A DNA stretch of 53,007 nt, taken from IMG/VR virus record IMGVR_UViG_3300031519_000027, positions 1-53,007 of that record; one strand, given 5' to 3'. Positions 29,656 through 39,000 of the stretch are shown here, in pieces. The notes beneath the pieces were generated by a model. That model was not told where the DNA came from. It did not search any database and was given only the letters and a program-made list of their open reading frames with translations. The translations under genes were made by a program, and so were the position numbers. Source of the DNA: a virus (lineage: Duplodnaviria; Caudoviricetes). How positions within the stretch are numbered: position 1 is the stretch's first letter; each line of letters begins with the position of its first letter.

Positions 29656-30893
29656 GTAGAATGAAAGTCCCATACATCTCCGCATCAAGGCTACGCACAG
29701 CGCAAGAATGTTCCTTGAAATACCACTACCACTACGAAGAACCAAACGCCGATGCGATTGCATTGAAGGCGATTGGAAACCATCGTGATGAGAGTCAAGC
29801 GGGACGATTGGGAAACAATGTTCACGACGCCTTAGAAGAGTGGCGACGACCTGATGAGAAGGGTGCTACACCCAAGCCATCATTCGGACGCCTAATGACG
29901 CTCTACAAAGAGGTTTCAGCGAAGCGTGAGGTTGACTTATCATTCTATGAAGACGGCAAGAACATGCTTCGCCGTTGGTTCGACCGCCGTGGTCGTGAAC
30001 CGGTTCGTGCGCTCTATGTCGAGCGAATGTTTGGTTCATTCGACCCTCTCGTCGGGCCGCATATTCTTGAAGGAACGGGAACCCCCGTACTTGGATTCAT
30101 TGACCTTATCGTGGAACATAAGGACGGCACTATCGAACTGATTGACTACAAAACCCAACGCATGGATATGACGCAGGGTGAAGCCGACCATAATACTCAA
30201 GCCGCAATTTACCTCGCCGTGGCACGAGAATGGTGGCCCGACCGACCACTCCAATTCACATTTGATTTACAACGACATGGAACGGTTACGACCGTATGGA
30301 CGGACGAGCGTCTTGAGACATTCAAGGATTGGCTACACAGCCAATACCTGTCAATCCTCGCCGTTGATTCATCCAACACTACCGAGGTTCCTGCAACCAT
30401 CGGAAAGGGCTGTCAGTGGTGTTCATTCACTGATATATGCCCGACTGCTCAACAGATGATGCACAATGGTGCGTGGGACATGTTGAATCCAACCGACGGT
30501 TCAGACCTGAATGATTTGCTAAACGAATTGGCAGTCATCAAGGCGAGTACAGCCATGCTTGGAAAGCGAAAGAAGTCGATTGATGAACACATCAAAACAC
30601 AGGTGTTCGACCGAGAGATGAAGGTTGAAGACTGTAAAGCCGAGACTGATAATTGGTCTATCGAATGGCGAGAACAAACCCGCCGTTCATACATTCCAAC
30701 GGAAGTCCAACGACTCATTCCATCAACTGTATTCGGAACAATGGTTTCGTTATCCAATTCAGCAGTGGATAGGATACTACCTATTCTTCCCGATGATGTG
30801 GCCGCCGCAGTTAAGCGAACTCAAATCAGCAAACCACAGCGAATGTTGATAATCAAAGCAAAGGATGATGGAGCCGAAGATGACCAACAATGA
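29652..30893 (+). CDS. PD-(D/E)XK exonuclease, Cas4/AddB-like with Fe-S cysteines
   Basis: SASRL...C, GNNVHDALE, GFIDLI, IDYKT, QAAIY, CQWCSFTDIC. Confidence 0.85.
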   Translation: MSRMKVPYISASRLRTAQECSLKYHYHYEEPNADAIALKAIGNHRDESQAGRLGNNVHDALEEWRRPDEKGATPKPSFGRLMTLYKEVSAKREVDLSFYEDGKNMLRRWFDRRGREPVRALYVERMFGSFDPLVGPHILEGTGTPVLGFIDLIVEHKDGTIELIDYKTQRMDMTQGEADHNTQAAIYLAVAREWWPDRPLQFTFDLQRHGTVTTVWTDERLETFKDWLHSQYLSILAVDSSNTTEVPATIGKGCQWCSFTDICPTAQQMMHNGAWDMLNPTDGSDLNDLLNELAVIKASTAMLGKRKKSIDEHIKTQVFDREMKVEDCKAETDNWSIEWREQTRRSYIPTEVQRLIPSTVFGTMVSLSNSAVDRILPILPDDVAAAVKRTQISKPQRMLIIKAKDDGAEDDQQ

Positions 30894-31230
30894 TGATGAA
30901 GAAGTGAAGAAACCTGAAGAAGTGCCGTCATCAAAATACGGCTCTCGGCGAAAAGGCCGATTAGGTAAATCCGACGGTCGCAATGTGCGACGACTTCATC
31001 AAGCCATGCTCACAGCAGGTGCAGTATTTCCTGAAGGCGACCCAATCTCAACAGGTGAGATACTGTCTTTGCCCAACCAACCGTTTGAGATGAACAGGCT
31101 ATCGAACCACTTAGCCAAGAAGCCTCATTTGTTCTTCAACGCAGGCTCGGTCAGAATCGCTTCACTCGATGGACGAACCAAATATCCTCAGAAGGTATGG
31201 CTCGCTTTTCCAGACGCATACGATGAGTAG
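30880..31230 (+). CDS. Hypothetical basic protein, possible winged helix
   Basis: ORF overlapping nuclease end; ISTGEIL...NRLSNHL pattern. Confidence 0.5.
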   Translation: MTNNDDEEVKKPEEVPSSKYGSRRKGRLGKSDGRNVRRLHQAMLTAGAVFPEGDPISTGEILSLPNQPFEMNRLSNHLAKKPHLFFNAGSVRIASLDGRTKYPQKVWLAFPDAYDE

Positions 31231-31231
31231 C

Positions 31232-31267
31232 CGGAAGTGTTATATAGGGCGCCCCCTATGGATATAC
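31232..31267 (+). promoter_or_regulatory. Class I promoter with ATAGG-N6-CCTAT repeat
   Basis: cggaagtg TTATATAGG gcgccc CCTAT ggatatac ATG; TATA 31240. Confidence 0.85.
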
Positions 31268-31504
31268 ATGCCCCGATACGAAACAGCAGTCCGACGCCTA
31301 ACCAAAAGAGCCGACACATTTTTCGGAATGGAATTATATGATTACATTCTGACATTTGCATACCTTAGAGATGACCGAATCGTGTTCAACGAAAACCGAA
31401 CCATGCAAGACAATTTTAGCGTATGGCTTGCCTTCGACTCCAATCACCACGCATTGCACACTGTTCTTTTGAATCGTTTGGCCCGCCAAGAAGCCACCGC
31501 TTGA
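31268..31504 (+). CDS. Orphan protein
   Basis: Leaderless ATG 28 nt after TATA. Confidence 0.65.
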   Translation: MPRYETAVRRLTKRADTFFGMELYDYILTFAYLRDDRIVFNENRTMQDNFSVWLAFDSNHHALHTVLLNRLARQEATA

Positions 31505-31512
31505 AATATAGC

Positions 31513-31548
31513 CGGAATACTTATATAGGCCACCCCCTATGGATATAC
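31513..31548 (+). promoter_or_regulatory. Class I promoter with ATAGG-N6-CCTAT repeat
   Basis: cggaatac TTATATAGG ccaccc CCTAT ggatatac ATG; TATA 31521. Confidence 0.85.
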
Positions 31549-31707
31549 ATGGACGGAACAACACTCGCCACCCCCGAAGCCAGCATTGAAAGCATTGACC
31601 TATACGCTAATGAAATTGAAAGACTACATGTCATCATTATCAAAGCACGCAACGCCCTGAAAAACAAACAATACGAAACCACTAAGGTTTATCTGAATGA
31701 GGCTTGA
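31549..31707 (+). CDS. 52-aa helical orphan (MDGTTLATP...)
   Basis: Leaderless start. Confidence 0.65.
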   Translation: MDGTTLATPEASIESIDLYANEIERLHVIIIKARNALKNKQYETTKVYLNEA

Positions 31708-31738
31708 TTGAAATAGGTGGGACGAAGGTGTTAGAGGC

Positions 31739-32548
31739 ATGAGCCTCACACCGAACAGCAAAGTTAGTCGCTCTGTTCGCCTTAGTGCGAATGGAACTTC
31801 TCTTGCGGCGTTCTTGAGCAGGCTTGCTTTAGACAGCCCTCCTGTGCCGGTTCGCATACTCTTTGAGCCGGAAGGTGCATCGTGTTGGACTTTGAACGCA
31901 GGCAAGACCCTGATGGTCATGTTTGACCGACATCCGATTGTTGGGTTGAAGGTCAAGCAACCGTGTGCCATCGTGTGCAACCCGAAAGAGTTAGCCGACT
32001 TGGTTCGTTCCAAATCGAAGGGTGAGACAATCAAGGTCATGACCGATGCCAACGAGCCAATCAAAATCCTAACCAAATCAAACGGCGGTGCGGAGATAAT
32101 GCCTGCCGATGAAAACGATTGCATGACAATCCCTGACAGGAACATAATGCCTATCGCCGATGATAAGAGATTGTTCCCAATGTTCGATGACGAACCCGCC
32201 ACGAGCGAGGCAGTATTTTCACATACCGAATTGACGAAAGCCAATATGGAAATGAAGACAGCAAATGCACCGTATGTCGTGATGACATTTGGTGACAAAA
32301 GCGAGGCAAGAAGTGGTCATTGGAATGGTAAGACTACACGGTCTTGGACGCCGATTGTATCGACCTTGACAGGAGTACCATTCACAGTCTCATTCACCGA
32401 TACGCTAAACGATGTCATTAGCGTGCTTGCAGGGACGACAGACAGCCTCAAGGTATCCAAGCATACCAAAGGGCAGTTCGTCGTCGTAGAGAGCCTTACA
32501 GGACATAAAACAACCATAGTCGCCACAGAAGCCATAAAGGAGATATAA
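31739..32548 (+). CDS. PCNA-like sliding clamp
   Basis: 269 aa; N-terminal helix then F.PEG..WTLNAGKTLMV resembles PCNA strand pattern; replication context. Confidence 0.55.
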   Translation: MSLTPNSKVSRSVRLSANGTSLAAFLSRLALDSPPVPVRILFEPEGASCWTLNAGKTLMVMFDRHPIVGLKVKQPCAIVCNPKELADLVRSKSKGETIKVMTDANEPIKILTKSNGGAEIMPADENDCMTIPDRNIMPIADDKRLFPMFDDEPATSEAVFSHTELTKANMEMKTANAPYVVMTFGDKSEARSGHWNGKTTRSWTPIVSTLTGVPFTVSFTDTLNDVISVLAGTTDSLKVSKHTKGQFVVVESLTGHKTTIVATEAIKEI

Positions 32549-32550
32549 CC

Positions 32551-32757
32551 ATGAAAAACGAACGATTTATTGATACCGCACAAGCCGCCTTGCACATGAA
32601 CGAAGATGATATTGCTCACCTGAAAATGTTGGTCAGTCTTGACCTCCTTCTCGCCGAAGCAGGAATAACGGATGAGCAGGTGTCGCTTGCTTATGCCAAC
32701 AGACTTCGGTCAGAGATTGGGAACGCCGCCGCCGACCTAAATCTTCTTCTTGATTGA
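32551..32757 (+). CDS. Small helical hypothetical protein
   Basis: SD AGGAG. Confidence 0.55.
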   Translation: MKNERFIDTAQAALHMNEDDIAHLKMLVSLDLLLAEAGITDEQVSLAYANRLRSEIGNAAADLNLLLD

Positions 32758-32793
32758 ACACCGTTAAGAACCCCTTTGACCACAGGGTTAGGT

Positions 32794-33204
32794 ATGACCG
32801 TTCACTCCTTCTCAGGCGTAACCGCAAAAATCACCGTATCATCGTCACTCGTTGGCTTCGTGTCGGGTGACTTTTCAGTCGCAGTCGCAACAGGCAAATA
32901 CATCGAATTAGACTCAACAGTGGCAACGAGTCACACCCGTGGTCTTCGCTCCGGTTCAGGCTCGTTAAAATTGGCTTGGGGTATCTCTGATGCCACACTC
33001 TATGCAATGTTCAATGCAGGTGATGTTTTTGATGTCACCTTCGATAATGATAGTCCAGCAACAGGAGTCGCAGGCGCTCACCAATACACACTTGCGTCTT
33101 GCGTCTTCACCGACCTCGCAGTCGAAGGAGTCGAGGCAGGAGCAGAGGGTGCGCTAATGATTAACGCATCCTTTGAAGCCCTCGATTGGTCAAGAGTTGC
33201 TTGA
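32794..33204 (+). CDS. Tail tube (major tail) protein
   Basis: Beta-rich 136 aa with SGSGSL; upstream of chaperones and TMP; TTAAGAACC 30 nt upstream. Confidence 0.75.
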   Translation: MTVHSFSGVTAKITVSSSLVGFVSGDFSVAVATGKYIELDSTVATSHTRGLRSGSGSLKLAWGISDATLYAMFNAGDVFDVTFDNDSPATGVAGAHQYTLASCVFTDLAVEGVEAGAEGALMINASFEALDWSRVA

Positions 33205-33233
33205 GGACAAAAAACGCTTAGGAGGCACACCCT

Positions 33234-33572
33234 ATGACATGGTTAGATAACGCAATAGAAAAAGCAGGCGAAGCAATAGAGGTTGATGTCCGACATCTAA
33301 ACCTCGATGTTGAAACGATTCAAGTGAAACCACTTTCCGCAAGTGAGTATCAAGCACTCAAAGCACACCCCGACATTCGTAAATTGTCTTCTGAAGAAGA
33401 CAGAACCGAGCAATTGGGAATGATGATGGTTTGCGAGATGATGAGTAAATGCGACAGTTCAATTTCATGGACGAAAATGAAGAAAATGCCTCTAACTCTC
33501 ATCGGTAGTCTATCCACAGCAATAACCGACGCCATCGGACAGATTGGCGGCGGCGGTGCGTTGGGGGAATAA
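33234..33572 (+). CDS. Tail assembly chaperone (gpG-like)
   Basis: Between tube and TMP; ends TTG GGG GAA TAA. Confidence 0.75.
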   Translation: MTWLDNAIEKAGEAIEVDVRHLNLDVETIQVKPLSASEYQALKAHPDIRKLSSEEDRTEQLGMMMVCEMMSKCDSSISWTKMKKMPLTLIGSLSTAITDAIGQIGGGGALGE

Positions 33573-33757
33573 TCGCCCTTGCCGAATCGGACGAGGGCCA
33601 ACATTACTACGAACTATTCACCGACCTTGGAATGACACCTGCCGAATGGCGGGAACTTGACCAAAGGGATTCACTGTTCTTACTCAAGGCCAAGAGTGAG
33701 AAAAATAAAAGGCTCAATAACCATAACCGCCAAAGTCAATCTCGTAGCCGGAGGTGA
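33566..33757 (+). CDS. -1 frameshift extension of tail chaperone (gpT-like)
   Basis: GGGGGAA slippery site; -1 frame open for 63 codons (..LFTDLGMTPAEWRELDQRD..), stop overlaps TMP ATG. Confidence 0.75.
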   Translation, partial: GIIALAESDEGQHYYELFTDLGMTPAEWRELDQRDSLFLLKAKSEKNKRLNNHNRQSQSRSRR

Positions 33758-36087
33758 TGACAATGGAGAAGCACGAAATAATACTCGCACTCAAGGCCAA
33801 GACCGGTGCTTTTAGGAAGGATATGACGGCCGTCTCGGCCTCGCTATATGCGGCGGGTGGTGCGGCATCCCGTATGGGAACTGTCGCTCGTGGCGCACTA
33901 ACAGGCGTCGGTGCGGCAATGACTGCTACCGCCATATCGGCGAAGTTAATGTCAAAGTTGATTATTGAATCATCCAAATTATTCGTTGAATACAACGACA
34001 CTTTGGCTCGCACAGGAGCAATTCTCGGAACCAATGCGGCAGGTATGAAGGACTTAGCCGATGAAATACGAGAGGTTGGACGAACCACACGATTCACAGC
34101 AACACAGGTCGGAGAAGCGGCAAATGCACTTGCGATTGCAGGTGTCACAGCCGATGAGATGATTAGCGACGAAGCACTTCAGAACCTCGTTAAGTTCGCT
34201 ATCGCCGGTGGCGTGGATATTCAGACAGCAACCAACATCGGTATTGCAGGTGTGAAAGCCTTCGGTATGGAGATGGATAAGTTAGGGTTCGTATCCGATG
34301 TTCTAACCCGAACATTTACTCGCTCAAATGTAGATATGGTCACACTCGGAGAGGGTTTGAAGTTCGTAGCACCGGTCGCTCACTCGGCGGGTATTTCAAT
34401 TGAAGAAACCGCATCAGCAATAGGTGCATTGGGGAACGCAGGTCTTCGTGGTACAGTGGCAGGTACAGGTCTTCGTATGGCAATCAACAAATTATTGAAG
34501 CCGTCGTTTGATTCTCAACGAGCAATCTCCGACTTGGGACTTAGTGTTCAGGTTTTATCACCAAGAGGTGAAGCGGCCAAGGCGACTTTGCAAAAAGTAA
34601 CTCGACAGATGGATGCGACCAAGGTTCAGACATCGGCCCTATCGAGTGAGATAAGGATGTTGAACGGTGAACTAACCGAGTTGAGCATCGAACAACAATC
34701 GAACACTCTTGCCATTGAACAAATTAGAGCAAGGGCATCCAAGTCAAATCGTGATTTGACGGACAGTGAATTGCAGATGATTGGCAAGTTAGAAGAGGCC
34801 AACAACACACTCCGTCTTAGCGAGATGACGCTTGATTTACAGCGAGCAAAATCGCAACACGCCTTGACTCAACAGACCTTCATAGAGAAGGAGTTGAACG
34901 CACAGTCAAAAGACCTCATCAAGACGGTTGAGCAACAGGCTGTCGGTATCACATCCTTTGGTGATGTTCTTGACCAATTGGCATCATCAGGAGCGACGAC
35001 CACTCAAATCTTGGAGATATTCGGTGTTCGTGGTGGAACAGCCATGGCATCTCTGTTAAGTCAACGAGCATCATTTCACGAATTGGTTGTTGAGACGGAA
35101 AACGCATCCGGTGCAACAAAGGAGTTCATGGAGTCAATTCAGATGTCAGCCGCCGCCGGTGGTTCGGCGAAGGAAACATTCTTCCTGTTATTCTCGGCGA
35201 TACAGGACGCCATGCTCGACATTGGAGAACCATTCGTTCTCATGCTCTCGGAGATGGCTTTGTTGTTCAAGGATAAGATTGCATCAGCATTGAAGGACAA
35301 CAAAGATTTGTTTGCTGAATTGGCCCTATCAATCAAGGGCGCATTGGAAGTCATCATCCCATTGGCGATTAGCATGTTGCCGGACATGTTGATGGCTCTA
35401 AAGGCGATTGTTCCGGTCATCACGATTCTCGTTTTGGCTTTCAAATTGCTAATGTTCGTTCTCTCACCCGTTCTTCAATTATTGGCCGGAATAGGTGGTA
35501 TTCTTCAAGGCATAATGACGATGATAAGCGGCGATATGAAGGGTGGACTTAAGCAAATTGGTGTTGGACTCAAGGATAGTGTAGTCGGCTTGGCCGGAAC
35601 CGCAATCATGGTCGCCACAGGAGGCATGGGCAAAGTCGGGGCTAAGGCGGCAGGTATGGCAATCAGCAAGGGCATGGGTGCTAAGGGTGCATTTGGCGCA
35701 GGTAAGACAGCGGCGGTGGCGCGTGGAACAAACATGAGTATGAGGAAAACCGGTGCGGCAGTCGGAGTGACTGCGGCCGAGTCGGCGCGACCTTCCTATG
35801 ATGCTATGTTTGCCGATGGAGGATTTGTCAATCAGCCAACGAGCGCACTCATTGGAGAAGCGGGGCCGGAGGTTGTTATCCCACTCGGCGCCGGTAAAGA
35901 ACATCAGAGAAACCAATTGGCACAGCAGGCAGGCTTAACAGGCGGTGGCTCTACCGTCAACATAGGCGATATAGTCATTAACGGCGGGTCTAACCTTTCA
36001 ACACACGAGGTTCGTCAGATACTTCAGACGGCCTTACCACAGGCGATTAAACAGGCAATGCTACGAGGAACTTCAAGGGTGATTTGA
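33757..36087 (+). CDS. Tail tape measure protein (TP901-type core)
   Basis: TTRFTATQVGEA, LGNAGLRGTVAGTGLR, C-terminal FADGG..IGEAGPEVVIPL. Confidence 0.9.
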   Translation: MTMEKHEIILALKAKTGAFRKDMTAVSASLYAAGGAASRMGTVARGALTGVGAAMTATAISAKLMSKLIIESSKLFVEYNDTLARTGAILGTNAAGMKDLADEIREVGRTTRFTATQVGEAANALAIAGVTADEMISDEALQNLVKFAIAGGVDIQTATNIGIAGVKAFGMEMDKLGFVSDVLTRTFTRSNVDMVTLGEGLKFVAPVAHSAGISIEETASAIGALGNAGLRGTVAGTGLRMAINKLLKPSFDSQRAISDLGLSVQVLSPRGEAAKATLQKVTRQMDATKVQTSALSSEIRMLNGELTELSIEQQSNTLAIEQIRARASKSNRDLTDSELQMIGKLEEANNTLRLSEMTLDLQRAKSQHALTQQTFIEKELNAQSKDLIKTVEQQAVGITSFGDVLDQLASSGATTTQILEIFGVRGGTAMASLLSQRASFHELVVETENASGATKEFMESIQMSAAAGGSAKETFFLLFSAIQDAMLDIGEPFVLMLSEMALLFKDKIASALKDNKDLFAELALSIKGALEVIIPLAISMLPDMLMALKAIVPVITILVLAFKLLMFVLSPVLQLLAGIGGILQGIMTMISGDMKGGLKQIGVGLKDSVVGLAGTAIMVATGGMGKVGAKAAGMAISKGMGAKGAFGAGKTAAVARGTNMSMRKTGAAVGVTAAESARPSYDAMFADGGFVNQPTSALIGEAGPEVVIPLGAGKEHQRNQLAQQAGLTGGGSTVNIGDIVINGGSNLSTHEVRQILQTALPQAIKQAMLRGTSRVI

Positions 36088-36088
36088 C

Positions 36089-39000
36089 ATGGCTTCGTTT
36101 CAGAAAAATCCAATCACCAAGTTCTCACGGGTCAAAAACGACCTTGCCGAATTACAGCGGTGGTGGCCGGTCAACATCAGAGATGATGGGACGCTTGGAA
36201 TTACTGTTGACCCTGTTCTATTCAAGACCGACTTTGGCACTCAAATAATGAATCGAACCGATGGTGAGGCAGAGGTTGCAGGTGTTCGGGTCGAGGCAAT
36301 TAACGACGATGGAACTTCTCTTGCAGGGACAGAGCCGACGATTACCATATCAGGTTCAGGTACATTCTCACCGGTATGCACTGTCAATCACACCGACGGG
36401 ACTACGACCAAGTTCATGCTCGTCGCACCGTCTTTGAAAATTACAAGTGGGCCTGTTTCAAATGGAGTATGGACGGACATCAATGCGACAGGAACAGACG
36501 GCCTCACGATGCTCTCAGGCGCAGGTGACGGGACGGGAGTCAATGCGGGCAAGGTTCACCTTCCCATGAACCTTAGTGAATCAGGTAAAACGAACAGGGA
36601 CGGGCCTTATCCAATCTTTATGACCGTTCAAGAGTTCGTTGAAATGATTGACACTTACCGACATGTTGGCAATGTTGATTCAGATAAGCCGGCTTGGATA
36701 CCACACCGACAGGAACCCCAAACAGTCGATTATGAAATGTCATCTCCGGCGTTTCCAGACATAACTGCCGACCCTCGTACACCGGTTGTGGGAACAGACG
36801 CCTTTCCAACCACATCCCCATATCGTGCAACGGTCTTCATGCCTATGATGCTCGATAACAACCAAATGGCAATTCAGGCGGGCGGTAGTACCCTTTGGGG
36901 AACAGCAGGTGGGTCAATGACCGCCGGCCAATGGAACAAAAATGGAATAACACGATACAATCAATCTCCACTCATATCACCATTGGTAGTGTATAAGCGG
37001 GTTGGAACGAGTGGCGACCATCAAGAAAATCTCAACATATCACTAACCCAAGATGAAGACCTCAACCGAGCCGCAATATACACATCAAGTGATACGACCG
37101 AATCACCTTCTCCAAAATATCGAATGGCTATGGCTCTTGCATGTTTCCTCAAGGATGGAACATACAGCCTCAACGATGGCGTACTCATACCATATTCATA
37201 CGACGCAAGTCGGGATATCGGAGGCGTCAATACAAACACTCTCTACACTACATGGGATGGACTAAAGGGATACGGCGACTTCGTAACAACCGAAGAATGG
37301 CAAAAGACATCAGCAGGCGTATATCCACTCTTTGACTTCGTACAGGGGCCAATTACTCCACGAGCGCAGGGTTCCAATTGGACTCAAGCGGTGCTATCCG
37401 ACCACATTCAAGCCAACGCACCACTTCGATACGAAGTGCCTCCAAACGCCAAAGAAAGTCCCGTCACAGGCATCGAAATGGCAGTGGGTGTAGTAGACGG
37501 AGCAGGGACGCAAGCCGACCCCAATAGAACAAATACTTACCTAAAGGTCACAGTTCTCGCCGAGGCCACATTTTCAGCAAGTGGCGCTACTGACCCCCAA
37601 CATGTACCATTTACCATCGGTGATTCATTCTATCTAAAAGGCGTCACCGGCGAACTTGGAACAGAAGGGACTGTTAGTAATGGGAAAATATGGCCGACTC
37701 GATATTCTTCACGAAGAAAATTACTTCTTGGTGATGACTTGGATTGCAATGGTTGGTGGAAGGTCAGTAAGGTAACAACAGTCGCCGTTGGTTCGGATTC
37801 AGCAGTGACATATTGGTGCATTCTAAACCCCAAGTGGGACTTACCGGCAGTCACCGCCTATGTTCCGTCTGATGCAAAAATACTTGCAGGTAGAACAGGT
37901 GGCCCTGAATACAAATACAACACGAAGTTCTTCGACTATGTTATGTCGGATGCAAGTAATTCACACACTATCGCATCTATCGAAGACGGTATGGGTGCTA
38001 CTTGGAACGACTACCAAATAACCGACCCAAATGCGCCCGATAACTTTCAAACAGAGCCGCCGGTATCAAATCAATCGTGGCCTGCTCTTAGCAAGATTGG
38101 AACGGGTTATCAAGCAGGTATGAATCAAGGAGATAACAATGTCCCACCTGCCTCATCAAGTAACGATACATACCCTGCAAGGCCGACATTGGGCCAAGTC
38201 GGATTCAAGGATACATTTGGGAAGTATTTGCCAACACGGATTATTCCTCGTGGCATTGCAATTCAAACAATCGGAACAGATTATGTGAAGGGTATTGACC
38301 CCGATATATCAAAAGGCAATGGCTCTCTAAGAATCCCATCACCACTTGGTCACGATTTATGCACTCGATACAACAATGTATCAGTTCGAGGTGCGCTTTC
38401 TGTTTCCGAAGCCGGTAATTTATCCGAGACTGATGCCCTCGTGAACATCGGTCAGTCGTCGTGGAGAGTAAGAACCGACATGCCACTTGAACCCGAACAG
38501 AAGGGGCTGTTCGACCGAGATAAATGGGCGTGGAGGGGTGTATCAACACCTCTATGGTCGTTTATGGATAGTGAAACCGGAAACCACGCATGGGATTATA
38601 TCAAGCCCACAGGAGTGACAGGGATATGGACTCACGGACGGAACCGACCATGGCCTGCTCACGAAAGAATGGGAACACGCCTCTCCATGTCTCCGAGCCT
38701 GTTGCCGACCGGTGTTGGTTCCGATGCCGGATGGGTGAATGGTGGTATCGAGACGAATAACATGGGAATGTCAGAGATAGGGTGTTCCCCGATTCACTTG
38801 GATATTGAACTTGGATTGTTCATCCCAAACAAATCCAATCGGATGTCAATTATCGAGTTCGATATGAACGACGCCGATTCTGAATTGGGACGCCATCACA
38901 TGATTTATGGAACCAATAATCGTGACAAAGGATTCGGTTTTCAGCCACTATGGAACGGAAACGAAGCGGGAACATACCAAATTGATTCGATATACATGGA

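Noticed and set aside
29652-30893. cas4 of a CRISPR system
   Set aside because: No cas1/cas2 or array; replication-recombination context fits a solo viral exonuclease
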